Shown here in pieces: positions 22,991 through 31,975 of a DNA stretch of 42,288 bases. Location: NCBI GenBank assembly GCA_003104895.1, contig PQAG01000055.1, positions 1 through 42,288 on the forward strand, written 5' to 3'. This stretch comes from Nitrosomonadales bacterium. GTDB lineage: Bacteria; Pseudomonadota; Gammaproteobacteria; Burkholderiales; Sulfuricellaceae. Below the pieces are notes generated by a model. It searched no databases. It saw only the letters and a list, made by a program, of their open reading frames with translations, and was not told where the DNA came from. A program made the position numbers and the translations under genes. The first letter of the stretch is position 1. Each line of letters begins with the position of its first letter.

Positions 22991-23608
22991 ATGCTGGAAG
23001 GGAAAGACCTTGCCTGTGTTCGGGGCGAGCGCACATTGTTCAGTCACCTGAACTTCATTCTGCGTGAGGGAGAACTGCTGCTGGTGCAGGGCGCCAACGG
23101 CAGCGGCAAGACCAGCCTGTTGCGCATGGTGTGCGGCCTGCTGGCGCCGGAGTTCGGCGATATTCTCTGGCGCGGCGAAAAAATTGGCGCGGTGCGCGAA
23201 GGCTACCACGCCGAGATGGCCTATTTCGGGCATGCTCCGGCGGTCAAGGAGGATCTGACGGCTTTCGAGAACCTCGATTTTGCCTGCCGCCTGGCCGGAA
23301 ACCCGCAGGGCCGGGATGAGGTTGAAGGCGCGCTGGGCCACCTCGGCCTGGGGCATTGCCTGAACCTGCCGGCAAAATCCCTGTCCCAGGGTCAGCGGCG
23401 GCGCGTGGCGCTGGCCCGCATGCTGCTGGTCAAGGCCAGGCTGTGGATTCTGGACGAGCCGCTGACGGCGCTGGACCAGGCCGCCCTGCAGCTGGTGCAG
23501 TCTCTGATCGGCGAGCATTTGCAGCAGGGCGGCATGGCTCTGCTGACCACGCACCAGCCGGTCGCGATTGCAGGCGTTGAACCCAGAATTCTGAAGTTGA
23601 CGCCATGA
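22991..23608 (+). CDS. ccmA: heme exporter ATP-binding protein CcmA
   Basis: Walker A GANGSGKTSLLR, ABC signature LSQGQRRR, Walker B LWILDEP. First gene of the ccm cluster. Confidence 0.93.
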   Translation: MLEGKDLACVRGERTLFSHLNFILREGELLLVQGANGSGKTSLLRMVCGLLAPEFGDILWRGEKIGAVREGYHAEMAYFGHAPAVKEDLTAFENLDFACRLAGNPQGRDEVEGALGHLGLGHCLNLPAKSLSQGQRRRVALARMLLVKARLWILDEPLTALDQAALQLVQSLIGEHLQQGGMALLTTHQPVAIAGVEPRILKLTP

Positions 23609-24279
23609 GCATGCTGCAAACCGTCCTTGCTTTGCTGCGGCGCGAGTTGACGCTGGCCATGAGGCGGCGCGGGGATGTGCTGACCGTCCTGTTTTTTTTC
23701 GTCATCGTCGCCAGCCTGTTCCCGCTCGGCGTGGGGCCGGACGCCAAGCTGCTGCGCCTGATGGGCGGCGGGGTGGTGTGGGTGGCGGCGTTGCTGGCGG
23801 CCATGCTTTCGCTGGGCCGCCTGTTTGCCAACGACTACGCCGACGGCACGCTGGAACAGCTGGTTTTGTCGCCGGCGCCTCCGGTGGTGTGGATCACCGG
23901 TAAAATCCTGGCGCACTGGCTGGTGAGCGGAGTGCCGCTGATCCTGATGGCGCCGGTGCTGGGGGTCCAGTATGGCCTGTCGAGCGAGGCGTTGGGCGTG
24001 CTGGTGTTTTCTCTGCTGCTCGGGACGCCGGTGCTGTCGCTGATCGGCGCCGTCGGGGCGGCCCTGACCCTGGGTTTGCGCGGCGGCGGGGTGCTGGTGT
24101 CGCTGCTGGTGCTGCCGCTCTACATTCCGGTGCTGATTTTTGGCGCCGGGGCGGTGGATGGCGCGATGGCGGGGCTGGGCGCGGAAGCGCACCTGTCATT
24201 GCTGGGTAGCATTCTGATTCTGGCCTTCTTGCTGACGCCCTGGGCGGTGTCGGCAGCGTTGCGGATTTCGATTGAATGA
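23605..24279 (+). CDS. ccmB: heme exporter membrane protein CcmB
   Basis: 224 aa with six hydrophobic helices. ATGA overlap with ccmA. Canonical position in the cluster. Confidence 0.92.
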   Translation: MSMLQTVLALLRRELTLAMRRRGDVLTVLFFFVIVASLFPLGVGPDAKLLRLMGGGVVWVAALLAAMLSLGRLFANDYADGTLEQLVLSPAPPVVWITGKILAHWLVSGVPLILMAPVLGVQYGLSSEALGVLVFSLLLGTPVLSLIGAVGAALTLGLRGGGVLVSLLVLPLYIPVLIFGAGAVDGAMAGLGAEAHLSLLGSILILAFLLTPWAVSAALRISIE

Positions 24280-25022
24280 TGAATAGCCTTAATTTGTACA
24301 AATATGCTTCTCCGGCGACTTTCTATGATCTTGCCGGAAGGATGATCCCGTGGTTTTACGCAGCGGCCGCCCTGCTCGGCGTGGCTGGACTGTATATCGG
24401 GTTTTTCCTCGCGCCCACCGATTTCCAGCAGAGCGAAGCCTACCGCATCATCTTCATCCACGTGCCGGCCTCCTGGATGTCGATGTTCATTTATGTGGTG
24501 ATGGCAATCTGGGCGGCGATCGGGCTGGCCTTCAACACGCGCCTGTCATTCATGATGGCGAGCGCGCTGGCGCCGACCGGCGCCATGCTGACCTTCGTCG
24601 CCTTGTGGACCGGCGCCCTGTGGGGCAGGCCGACCTGGGGCGCGTGGTGGGTATGGGACGCGCGCCTGACTTCGGAGCTGATCCTGTTCTTCCTGTATGT
24701 CGGCTTCATGGCGCTGCAGGCGGCGATCGACGACCCGCGCCGCGCCGACCGCGCCGGTGCGCTGATCGCCCTGGTGGGCGTGGTCAACGTGCCGATCATC
24801 TATTTTTCCGTCAGGTGGTGGAATACCCTGCATCAGGGCGCTTCGGTGAGCGTGAGCAAGGCGCCGAGCATGGCCAGCATCATGCTGGCAGGCATGCTGG
24901 TGATGGCAATCGCGGTGTGGATGTATGCCATCGCGGCGGCGCTTTCGCGGGTGCGCAGCATCATCCTGGAGCGCGAGCGCAACAGCCAGTGGGTGGCGCA
25001 ACTGCTGGAGGGCAAAGCATGA
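24276..25022 (+). CDS. ccmC: heme exporter/lyase protein CcmC
   Basis: Trp-rich WWD motif WGRPTWGAWWVWDARLTSE. ATGA overlap with ccmB. Confidence 0.95.
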   Translation: MMNSLNLYKYASPATFYDLAGRMIPWFYAAAALLGVAGLYIGFFLAPTDFQQSEAYRIIFIHVPASWMSMFIYVVMAIWAAIGLAFNTRLSFMMASALAPTGAMLTFVALWTGALWGRPTWGAWWVWDARLTSELILFFLYVGFMALQAAIDDPRRADRAGALIALVGVVNVPIIYFSVRWWNTLHQGASVSVSKAPSMASIMLAGMLVMAIAVWMYAIAAALSRVRSIILERERNSQWVAQLLEGKA

Positions 25023-25213
25023 ACTGGAATGGCTGGACGGAATTTTTTCACATGGGCGGGTACGCCCTTTACGTGTGGGGATCCTATGGGGTTACGGCCG
25101 CCTTGATCATCGGCGAGCTGGTGTTGTTGAGAATGCGGCGCCAGAAGGCTTTGCAGCTGGCAAAACGTTCTGTCAAATATGGCAAGGTTGAGAGCGATGA
25201 AAGCACGGCATAA
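25019..25213 (+). CDS. ccmD: heme exporter protein CcmD
   Basis: 64 aa with a single TM helix ([23 protein letters not shown]). ATGA overlap with ccmC. It appears in the ORF track only as the tail of the spurious ORF 24350..25213. Confidence 0.8.
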   Translation: MNWNGWTEFFHMGGYALYVWGSYGVTAALIIGELVLLRMRRQKALQLAKRSVKYGKVESDESTA

Positions 25214-25649
25214 GAAACTGATCCTGATCGGCGTGGTGGTGGCTGCGCTGGGCGCGGTGGCTGCGCTGGTGCTCAATGCTTTCCAGAGCAATCTGGTGTT
25301 TTTCTTCTCCCCGACCCAGGTCGTCAACGGCGAGGCGCCGAAGGAGCGCGCTTTCCGCATTGGCGGACTGGTCGAGGACGGCAGCCTGCGCCGCGAGGCC
25401 GATGGCGTGACGGCGCATTTCCGCATCACAGATACGGCGCAGACCATCCCGGTGACCTACAAGGGCCTCCTGCCCGACCTGTTCAAGGAAGGCAAGGGGG
25501 TGGTGGCGGAAGGGCGCATGAACAGCAGCGGCGTGTTCGTGGCCGAGCAGGTGCTGGCCAAGCACGACGAGAATTACATGCCGCCCGAGGCGGCCAGCGC
25601 GCTGGAACAGGCGCAAAAAGCCCAGAAAACGGTCGTAGCGCCTAAATAG
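25197..25649 (+). CDS. ccmE: cytochrome c-type biogenesis heme chaperone CcmE
   Basis: N-terminal anchor [12 protein letters not shown]. Heme-binding motif LAKHDENY. The start at 25197 overlaps the ccmD end; 25179 is an alternative. Confidence 0.92.
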   Translation: MKARHKKLILIGVVVAALGAVAALVLNAFQSNLVFFFSPTQVVNGEAPKERAFRIGGLVEDGSLRREADGVTAHFRITDTAQTIPVTYKGLLPDLFKEGKGVVAEGRMNSSGVFVAEQVLAKHDENYMPPEAASALEQAQKAQKTVVAPK

Positions 25650-25693
25650 TTAGTTTGACGAAAATTATCCAGATCCCGGCAAAAAGGTAAAAA

Positions 25694-27619
25694 ATGATTC
25701 CAGAACTCGGCCATTTCTCCTTAATCCTGGCGCTGCTGCTCGCCCTGGTCCAAGGCATCCTGCCCCTGGCGGGCGCGGCGCGCAACAATCCTGCGTGGAT
25801 CGCGGTCGCCAAACCGGCGGCGCGCGCCCAGTTCCTGTTTGTTGCCATTGCCTTTGGCGCTTTGGCCTGGTCGTTCCTGAGCAACGATTTTTCGGTCATC
25901 AATGTGACCCGCAACTCTCATTCCCGCCTCCCCGAAGTTTACCGCTTCACCGCCACCTGGGGCTCGCATGAAGGCTCGATGCTGCTTTGGACCTTCATCC
26001 TCGGCATGTGGACCGTGGCTGTCACCCTGTTCAGCCGCCATCTGCCGGACGACATGGTGGCGCGGGTGGTCGGCGTGATGGGGCTGGTCAGCTTCGGTTT
26101 CCTGCTGTTCCTGCTCTCCACCTCCAATCCCTTCCTGCGCATGCCGATGGCCATGGACGGTTCAGATCTCAACCCCCTGCTGCAGGACCCCGGCATGGTG
26201 GTTCATCCGCCCATCCTGTACATGGGCTATGTCGGATTTTCCGTGGCCTTCGCCTTTGCCCTGACGGCCCTGCTTTCCGGCAAGCTGGACGCCAGCTGGG
26301 CGCGCTGGTCGCGCCCCTGGACCACGGCGGCATGGTCGTTCCTGACCATCGGCATCATGATGGGCAGCTGGTGGGCCTATTACGAACTGGGCTGGGGGGG
26401 CTGGTGGTTCTGGGATCCGGTGGAGAATGCCTCGCTGATGCCCTGGCTGGTGGGCACGGCGCTGATCCACTCCCTGGCGGTGACCGAAAAGCGCGGCAGC
26501 TTCAAGGCATGGACGGTGTTCCTGGCCATCGGCGCATTTTCCCTGAGCCTGCTCGGCACCTTCCTGGTCCGTTCCGGCGTGCTGTCCTCGGTGCATTCCT
26601 TCGCCACCGATCCGGCGCGCGGCCTGTTCATTCTCATTTTCCTCGCCGTGGTGATCGGCGGCTCGCTGCTGCTGTTTGCCCTGCGCGCTTCCCAGGTTGG
26701 TCTGGGCGGCCGTTTCGCGCTGGTTTCGCGCGAGTCCTTCCTGATGGTGAACAACATCCTGCTCCTGACGGCGACCGGGTCGGTGCTGCTGGGCACGCTC
26801 TACCCGCTGTTCCTCGATGCACTGGGACTGGGCAAGATCTCGGTCGGGCCGCCTTATTTCAACTCCGTGTTCGTTCCCCTGGTATCGCCGCTGATTTTCC
26901 TTGCCGGCCTGGGGCCATTGGCACGCTGGAAGCAGGTGAACGTGCCTGAACTCGCGCACCGCCTGAAATGGGGCTTCGGCGCCAGCGTCGTGGCGGCATT
27001 GCTGCTGCCCTTCACGCAGGAGACGTGGCAGCCGCTGGTTTCCCTGGGGATTCTGCTGGCCCTGTGGATCGCCGTGACAGTTGTCATCAGTGTGCGCGCG
27101 CGGATGCGCACGGCCGCAGGCTGGTCGGCGAACTTCTATGGCATGCATCTGGCCCACCTTGGCGTGGCGGTGACGGTCATCGGCGTCACCATGGTGTCTT
27201 CCTACCAGACCGAGCGCAACATGCGCATGGCGGTGGGCGATACGGTCACGATGCAGGGCTATACCTTCCGCTTCGGCGGCGTGACCGATGTGACCGGCCC
27301 GAATTACACGGGCGCGCGCGGCATGCTCGAGGTGAGCCGCAACGGCAAGCCGCTCACCACCCTGTACCCGGAAAAACGCGTTTACGTGGCCTCCGGCATG
27401 CCTTTCACCGAATCGGCGATCGATTACGGCTTTACGCGCGACCTGTATACCGCGCTGGGTGAGCGCCTGGATGGCGGAGCCTGGAGCGTGCGGCTGTTCC
27501 ACAAACCGTTCGTGGTGTGGATCTGGATCGGTTCAGTGCTCATGGCCCTCGGCGGGTTCATGGCGATCACCGACCGGCGCTACCGCACCTCGCGCAAGAA
27601 AGGGAGGGTTCAAGCATGA
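25694..27619 (+). CDS. ccmF: cytochrome c heme lyase subunit CcmF
   Basis: 641-aa polytopic protein with WWD motif WGGWWFWDPVENAS. Confidence 0.96.
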   Translation: MIPELGHFSLILALLLALVQGILPLAGAARNNPAWIAVAKPAARAQFLFVAIAFGALAWSFLSNDFSVINVTRNSHSRLPEVYRFTATWGSHEGSMLLWTFILGMWTVAVTLFSRHLPDDMVARVVGVMGLVSFGFLLFLLSTSNPFLRMPMAMDGSDLNPLLQDPGMVVHPPILYMGYVGFSVAFAFALTALLSGKLDASWARWSRPWTTAAWSFLTIGIMMGSWWAYYELGWGGWWFWDPVENASLMPWLVGTALIHSLAVTEKRGSFKAWTVFLAIGAFSLSLLGTFLVRSGVLSSVHSFATDPARGLFILIFLAVVIGGSLLLFALRASQVGLGGRFALVSRESFLMVNNILLLTATGSVLLGTLYPLFLDALGLGKISVGPPYFNSVFVPLVSPLIFLAGLGPLARWKQVNVPELAHRLKWGFGASVVAALLLPFTQETWQPLVSLGILLALWIAVTVVISVRARMRTAAGWSANFYGMHLAHLGVAVTVIGVTMVSSYQTERNMRMAVGDTVTMQGYTFRFGGVTDVTGPNYTGARGMLEVSRNGKPLTTLYPEKRVYVASGMPFTESAIDYGFTRDLYTALGERLDGGAWSVRLFHKPFVVWIWIGSVLMALGGFMAITDRRYRTSRKKGRVQA

Positions 27620-28140
27620 AACGTTTTCTGATTCCCCTGGGGATATTCATCGTACTGGTGATTTTTCTCGGCATCGGCCTCAAGCTCAATCCGCGCGAAG
27701 TGCCTTCGCCGCTGATCGGCAAGCCGGCGCCCGATTTCAGGCTCGCCCTCTTGTCCGACCCGTCCAGGCAAATGAGTCCGGCAGACTTGCGCGGCAAGGT
27801 CTGGCTGTTCAATGTGTGGGCCTCGTGGTGCGGCTCCTGCCGCCAGGAACATGACCTCCTGCTTAGCCTGGCGCGGCAGGGCAGCTTGCCGGTCTACGGC
27901 ATGGACTACAAGGATCAGCCCGGCGATGCGCAGGCCGTGCTGGCGCGCTTTGGCAATCCCTATGTCGAGACCTTCATCGATCTCGATGGGCGGGCGGCCA
28001 TCGATTATGGCGTGTACGGTGTGCCCGAGACTTATCTGATCGACAAGAACGGCACGATCCGCTACAAGCATACAGGCCCCCTGACCCGGGAAGTTCTGGA
28101 CGGGAAAATACTTCCACTGGCGAAGGAGCTGCAGCGATGA
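27616..28140 (+). CDS. ccmG: thiol:disulfide oxidoreductase CcmG/DsbE
   Basis: Signal anchor MKRFLIPLGIFIVLVIF. Thioredoxin motif WASWCGSC and GVYGVPETYLID. ATGA overlap with ccmF; the ORF-track start at 27517 lies inside ccmF. Confidence 0.93.
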   Translation: MKRFLIPLGIFIVLVIFLGIGLKLNPREVPSPLIGKPAPDFRLALLSDPSRQMSPADLRGKVWLFNVWASWCGSCRQEHDLLLSLARQGSLPVYGMDYKDQPGDAQAVLARFGNPYVETFIDLDGRAAIDYGVYGVPETYLIDKNGTIRYKHTGPLTREVLDGKILPLAKELQR

Positions 28141-28625
28141 GGCTTAACATGAAACTCGCGCAACGGGCCGGGCTGGCCATCTTCGCCCTGTGGTTTCCTC
28201 TTGCTGCCGTTGCTGGCGAGGCCGTGCCGGTCGCGGAGGACCCCGTGCTGGAGCAGCGCATGATCGCTCTTTCCGAGGATCTGCGCTGCCTGGTTTGCCA
28301 GAACGAGTCTCTGGCGGGTTCGCGCGCCGAGCTGGCGCAGGATCTGCGCCAGGAAATCCGTGACCAGCTGCGCGCCGGCAAGAGCGACAAGGAGGTCATC
28401 AATTATCTCACCCAGCGCTATGGGGACTTCGTGCTCTACAAACCGCCGCTCAAGCCCCTCACCTGGCTGTTGTGGTTTGGCCCCTTCGTGCTGCTGATTG
28501 GCGCTGCGGGCGGCTTCTATCTTTATCTCAAACGGCGCGGTGCGCGCCTTGCCGGGGAATCCCTGTCTGCGGAAGAGAAGCAGCGCGTGGAAGCTCTCCT
28601 TCGCAATAACGGAAATGAATCATGA
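28137..28625 (+). CDS. ccmH: cytochrome c-type biogenesis protein CcmH (CycL type)
   Basis: LRCLVCQNES (LRCxxC) motif, signal peptide and C-terminal TM. ATGA overlap with ccmG; the ATG at 28149 is an alternative. Confidence 0.9.
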   Translation: MRLNMKLAQRAGLAIFALWFPLAAVAGEAVPVAEDPVLEQRMIALSEDLRCLVCQNESLAGSRAELAQDLRQEIRDQLRAGKSDKEVINYLTQRYGDFVLYKPPLKPLTWLLWFGPFVLLIGAAGGFYLYLKRRGARLAGESLSAEEKQRVEALLRNNGNES

Positions 28626-29902
28626 GCAATTTCTGGACTATCTCGCTGTTCTGGGCAATTTTTCTCCTGCTCCTCGGGATCGCGCTGGCCGCAGTGCTGC
28701 CGCCCCTGCTGCGCCGCAATGCCCGGTCTGCGCAGGTGGACCGCAAGGCCGCCAACATCGCCATCTACCATGACCAGCTGGCGGAGCTGAAGGCCGACCT
28801 CGATGCTGGCGAACTGGACCCGCAGCAATATGAAGATGCCCGGCTCGAAATCGAGAAACGCCTGAGCGAGGACGTCCCAGTGGAATCCGCTCCGGTATCC
28901 GCCAGCCAGACCGGCCGTGGCGTGGGGTATGCGCTTGCCGGCGGGATTCCGCTGCTGGCGATCGGGATTTATGTGTTTCTGGGCAACCCCGATGCGGCGA
29001 TGATGCGGCCAAGCCCGCCCCCTGCGATGGCAGAGCCGGGCCAGCACGAAGCCGCCCCCATGATTGCTGCCCTGGAAGCCAGGCTCAAGAGCAACCCGGA
29101 CGATGTCGCCGGCTGGAACATGCTGGCGCGCAGCTATGGCGCAACCGGTCAATTTGGCGAGGCGGTGCGGGTTTATGCCAGGCTCACTGAGCTTCTTCCC
29201 GATGATTCGGGCATCCTGGCAGACTACGCTGACGCATTCGCCATGATGCAGGGCGGAAAGCTGCAGGGAAAGCCGCTGGAATTGATCAACAAGGCGCTGA
29301 AACTGAATCCGCAGGAAGGGAAGGCGCTGAATCTGGCAGGAAGCGCCGCCTATCAGGCCAAGGATTTTTCCAGGGCCGCGGAATACTGGCGCAGCCTGCT
29401 CAAACTGATCCCCCCGGATGACCCCTATGCCAATGAAATCAGGGCGGCAATTCAGGATGCCGGGAAGGCAGCCAGTCTTTCCGGCCTGGATAACCTGTCT
29501 GCCGTGGGCGCCAATGCCAGCGGCGTGAAAGAAGAAACCAAAGCCCAGGCAGGCCCGGCAGCGTCCATTTCCGGCACGGTGTCAGTCAGTGGCGATCTCG
29601 CCGGCAAGTTTGCCCCCGGCGACACGGTGTTCATTTACGCGCAGGCGCCGCAAGGTCCGAAAATGCCGATTGCCAGCCTGAAAATCACGGCCGGGCAGCT
29701 TCCCTATCGCTTCACCCTAGACGATTCCCTTGCCATGACGCCCAACGACAGGCTTTCGAACCACGCGGAAGTCATGGTCAGCGCGCGCGTGTCGAAGTCG
29801 GGACAGGCCATGACGCAAAGCGGCGACCTGCTGGGCCGGGCTGGTTCGGTCAAGCCCGGCCAGCAGGATGTAGCGATCGTCATCGACAGGGTTCTGCCTT
29901 AA
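28622..29902 (+). CDS. ccmI: c-type cytochrome biogenesis protein CcmI (CycH; TPR protein)
   Basis: N-terminal TM pair, then TPR-like repeats (GWNMLARSYGATGQFGEAVRVYARL...). ATGA overlap with ccmH. Last gene of the cluster. Confidence 0.85.
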   Translation: MSNFWTISLFWAIFLLLLGIALAAVLPPLLRRNARSAQVDRKAANIAIYHDQLAELKADLDAGELDPQQYEDARLEIEKRLSEDVPVESAPVSASQTGRGVGYALAGGIPLLAIGIYVFLGNPDAAMMRPSPPPAMAEPGQHEAAPMIAALEARLKSNPDDVAGWNMLARSYGATGQFGEAVRVYARLTELLPDDSGILADYADAFAMMQGGKLQGKPLELINKALKLNPQEGKALNLAGSAAYQAKDFSRAAEYWRSLLKLIPPDDPYANEIRAAIQDAGKAASLSGLDNLSAVGANASGVKEETKAQAGPAASISGTVSVSGDLAGKFAPGDTVFIYAQAPQGPKMPIASLKITAGQLPYRFTLDDSLAMTPNDRLSNHAEVMVSARVSKSGQAMTQSGDLLGRAGSVKPGQQDVAIVIDRVLP

Positions 29903-30828
29903 CGTCCCAGCAGCATTCTTTCCACCGCGTCCGGGTCGCGCTCGGCGCGCAAGGCCTGGTGCAGCGCAGCGGCCTCCGGATAGGCGCCGCGCAGCATGCC
30001 CAGCCACTGCTTGAGCCGCCCCGGCGCGTGTTCCGGTGCCACCCGGCAGCGCAAGCGCCGGTAGTAATCCGCCACCCAGGGCAGCAGGGCCGGCCAGGGC
30101 ATGGCCGCTTCCCCTGTCCTGATGCGCAGCGCCAGGTCCGGGCGGACGATGGCGCCGCGCCCGATCATCACGTCGCTGCAGCCGCTGACCTGGCGGATGC
30201 TTTCCCAGTCCTGCGGCAACCACACCTCGCCGTTGGCCACCAGCGGCAATTTCACGACTTCGCGGATGCGGGCCAGCCACTCCCAGTGCGCGGGCGGGCG
30301 GTAGCCGTCGGCCCTGGTGCGGGCGTGGACGGTGAGCTCGTCGGCGCCGGCGTCCTCGATGGCGCGGGCGCAATCCAGGGTCAGCGAGGTATCTTTCAGC
30401 CCGAGGCGCATCTTGGCCGTGACGGGAACTTGCCGCGGCACAGCGCGGCGCGTGGCGGCGACGATGGTGTGAATGATTTCCGGATACTGCAGCAGGACCG
30501 CACCGCCGCCATGCCGGTTGACCATGGGGGCGGGGCAGCCGAAATTGAGGTCAATGCCAGGCGCGCCCATGGCGGCAATGGATGCGGCGTTTTCTGCCAG
30601 GCACACCGGATCGCTGCCCAGGAGCTGCACCCGAACCGGCACCCCGGCACGGGTGCGGCCGCCGTTGGCCAGCTCCGGCACGGTGCGCAGCAGCACGCGT
30701 TCTGTCAGCAGATGGTGGGTGACGCGCACGAATTCGGCGACGCACAGGTCGATGCCGCCAATGCGCGTCAATACGTCGCGCATATCCTGGTCGGCAAGGC
30801 CCTCCATCGGGGCGAGAATCAGGCGCAT
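29899..30828 (-). CDS. dusC: tRNA-dihydrouridine synthase C
   Basis: MRLILAPMEGLAD...DLCVAEFVRV, VQLLG, DLNFGCP and KMRLG align along the whole length with E. coli DusC. 309 aa. Confidence 0.9.
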   Translation of the reverse strand: MRLILAPMEGLADQDMRDVLTRIGGIDLCVAEFVRVTHHLLTERVLLRTVPELANGGRTRAGVPVRVQLLGSDPVCLAENAASIAAMGAPGIDLNFGCPAPMVNRHGGGAVLLQYPEIIHTIVAATRRAVPRQVPVTAKMRLGLKDTSLTLDCARAIEDAGADELTVHARTRADGYRPPAHWEWLARIREVVKLPLVANGEVWLPQDWESIRQVSGCSDVMIGRGAIVRPDLALRIRTGEAAMPWPALLPWVADYYRRLRCRVAPEHAPGRLKQWLGMLRGAYPEAAALHQALRAERDPDAVERMLLGR

Positions 30829-30863
30829 GGTGTGGTTTTGCGGTTACGGGGCGCTTATTTTAA

Positions 30864-30942
30864 CGTGAAACAGTTTTGTGAAGCGTGAAGTCACTCGCTA
30901 CGCTTTGTTTGTGAAGTGTGAAATGTGAAAATATCCACACTT
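30864..30942. repeat. GTGAA motif cluster with tandem heptamers and an inverted repeat, in the dusC / 31034 divergent intergenic region
   Basis: GTGAA occurs at 30864, 30877, 30884, 30910, 30917 and 30924; the last three are perfect 7-bp tandem units TGTGAA[G/A]. There is an 8-bp inverted repeat GAAGTGTG (30912-30919) - N15 - CACACTTC (30935-30942). CTCGCTAC is repeated at 30893 and 30949. Confidence 0.6.
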
Positions 30943-31033
30943 CGACAAGCTCGCTACCCGAATTTCCATAGTTTTCCTGACCTGCCCGGCCCTTCCCGGG
31001 CTGGCTCGGAATCGTTGCCATCAGGAGTTTCTC

Positions 31034-31504
31034 ATGAAGAAGCACACAGCTCTGTTAATGATTACTGTGACGCTGCTGGGTATTTTCCCGCTTAGCTATG
31101 CATCCCAGGACGATAACGACAAGACCACGGCAAAGGAGGTTCGACAGGAAATGGCCGATGCCGCCGAGGCGATCAAGAACTACACAGCCGACAAGCGCGA
31201 CGAAGCTGCTGTGAAGCTCAGGGCCGCGCTAGTCGCCCTGGATGCCCGCATCGAAGCCATGGAGGCGCGGATTGACAAGAACTGGGATAAGATGGACAAG
31301 GTTGCCCGCGAGCAGGCGCGCAACACCCTGAAGGCGCTACGCAAGCAGCGGGTCGAGGTGGCCGAAAAGTTCGGCAGCCTTCAAAATAGCACCGCCAGCG
31401 CGTGGGAGCACATGAAGAAAGGCTTCACTGATGCCTACGAATCACTTTGCAGTGCATGGGAGAAGGCTGAGCGGGAGTACAAGGAAGAAGACAAGAAGGA
31501 GTAG
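31034..31504 (+). CDS. hypothetical secreted helical protein (156 aa)
   Basis: Signal peptide MKKHTALLMITVTLLGIFPLSYA/SQ. The remainder is a charged, Ala/Lys/Glu-rich predicted coiled coil. AGGAG RBS. I do not recognise the family. Confidence 0.65.
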   Translation: MKKHTALLMITVTLLGIFPLSYASQDDNDKTTAKEVRQEMADAAEAIKNYTADKRDEAAVKLRAALVALDARIEAMEARIDKNWDKMDKVAREQARNTLKALRKQRVEVAEKFGSLQNSTASAWEHMKKGFTDAYESLCSAWEKAEREYKEEDKKE

Positions 31505-31931
31505 GGATTCCCTGTTTGAGTTGGGTTTTTTCATTGCCCCCATTCTCGGCGCAACCGGGGTGATGGGAGTGGCCGTGGGCTTTGGCGCAACAACAGCGTC
31601 CAGTTGCGGGCCCCCTCCATCGTTTAGCCCCGGTCGAGCATCCACTGGTAGGCGCCGAAGGCCACACCACCGAATTGCCAGGACCGAGAGGAGAACGCGC
31701 TCGATCATCAGCCGGTTGAAGATGTCTTCTGCCGGCAGGCGAGGTGGGTGCTTATGCCCATAGTCCGCCGTCGCAGCACCGATTGCACTTTCGATCTTCA
31801 ACCGCCATTACTGGCGATGAAGCTGCCATCAACCAGGCCGGGAGCAAGAAGTAGCGGAGCCCTCGCCAGTTGAAATGATGCTGGCCATATTCGCATTCTC
31901 ATTTCTGTGGCCCTTGTCATGATTATTGAGG

Positions 31932-31956
31932 CCCTGCACTTTCGGATCAGCGCAGG
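31932..31956 (-). terminator. hairpin downstream of the pentapeptide-repeat gene (no U-tract)
   Basis: On the minus strand: CCCTGCGC-10 nt-GTGCAGGG (8 bp including one G-U), 20 nt after the stop. It is not followed by a T-run, so its terminator function is uncertain. Confidence 0.3.
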
Positions 31957-31975
31957 GTAACCCGGCATTCCACTA

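Noticed and set aside
24350-25213. A 287-aa plus-strand ORF spanning most of ccmC in another frame.
   Set aside because: Only its last 64 codons (25019..25213) are real (ccmD, ATGA-coupled to ccmC). The upstream part is an out-of-frame Arg/Gly/Pro-rich read-through of ccmC.
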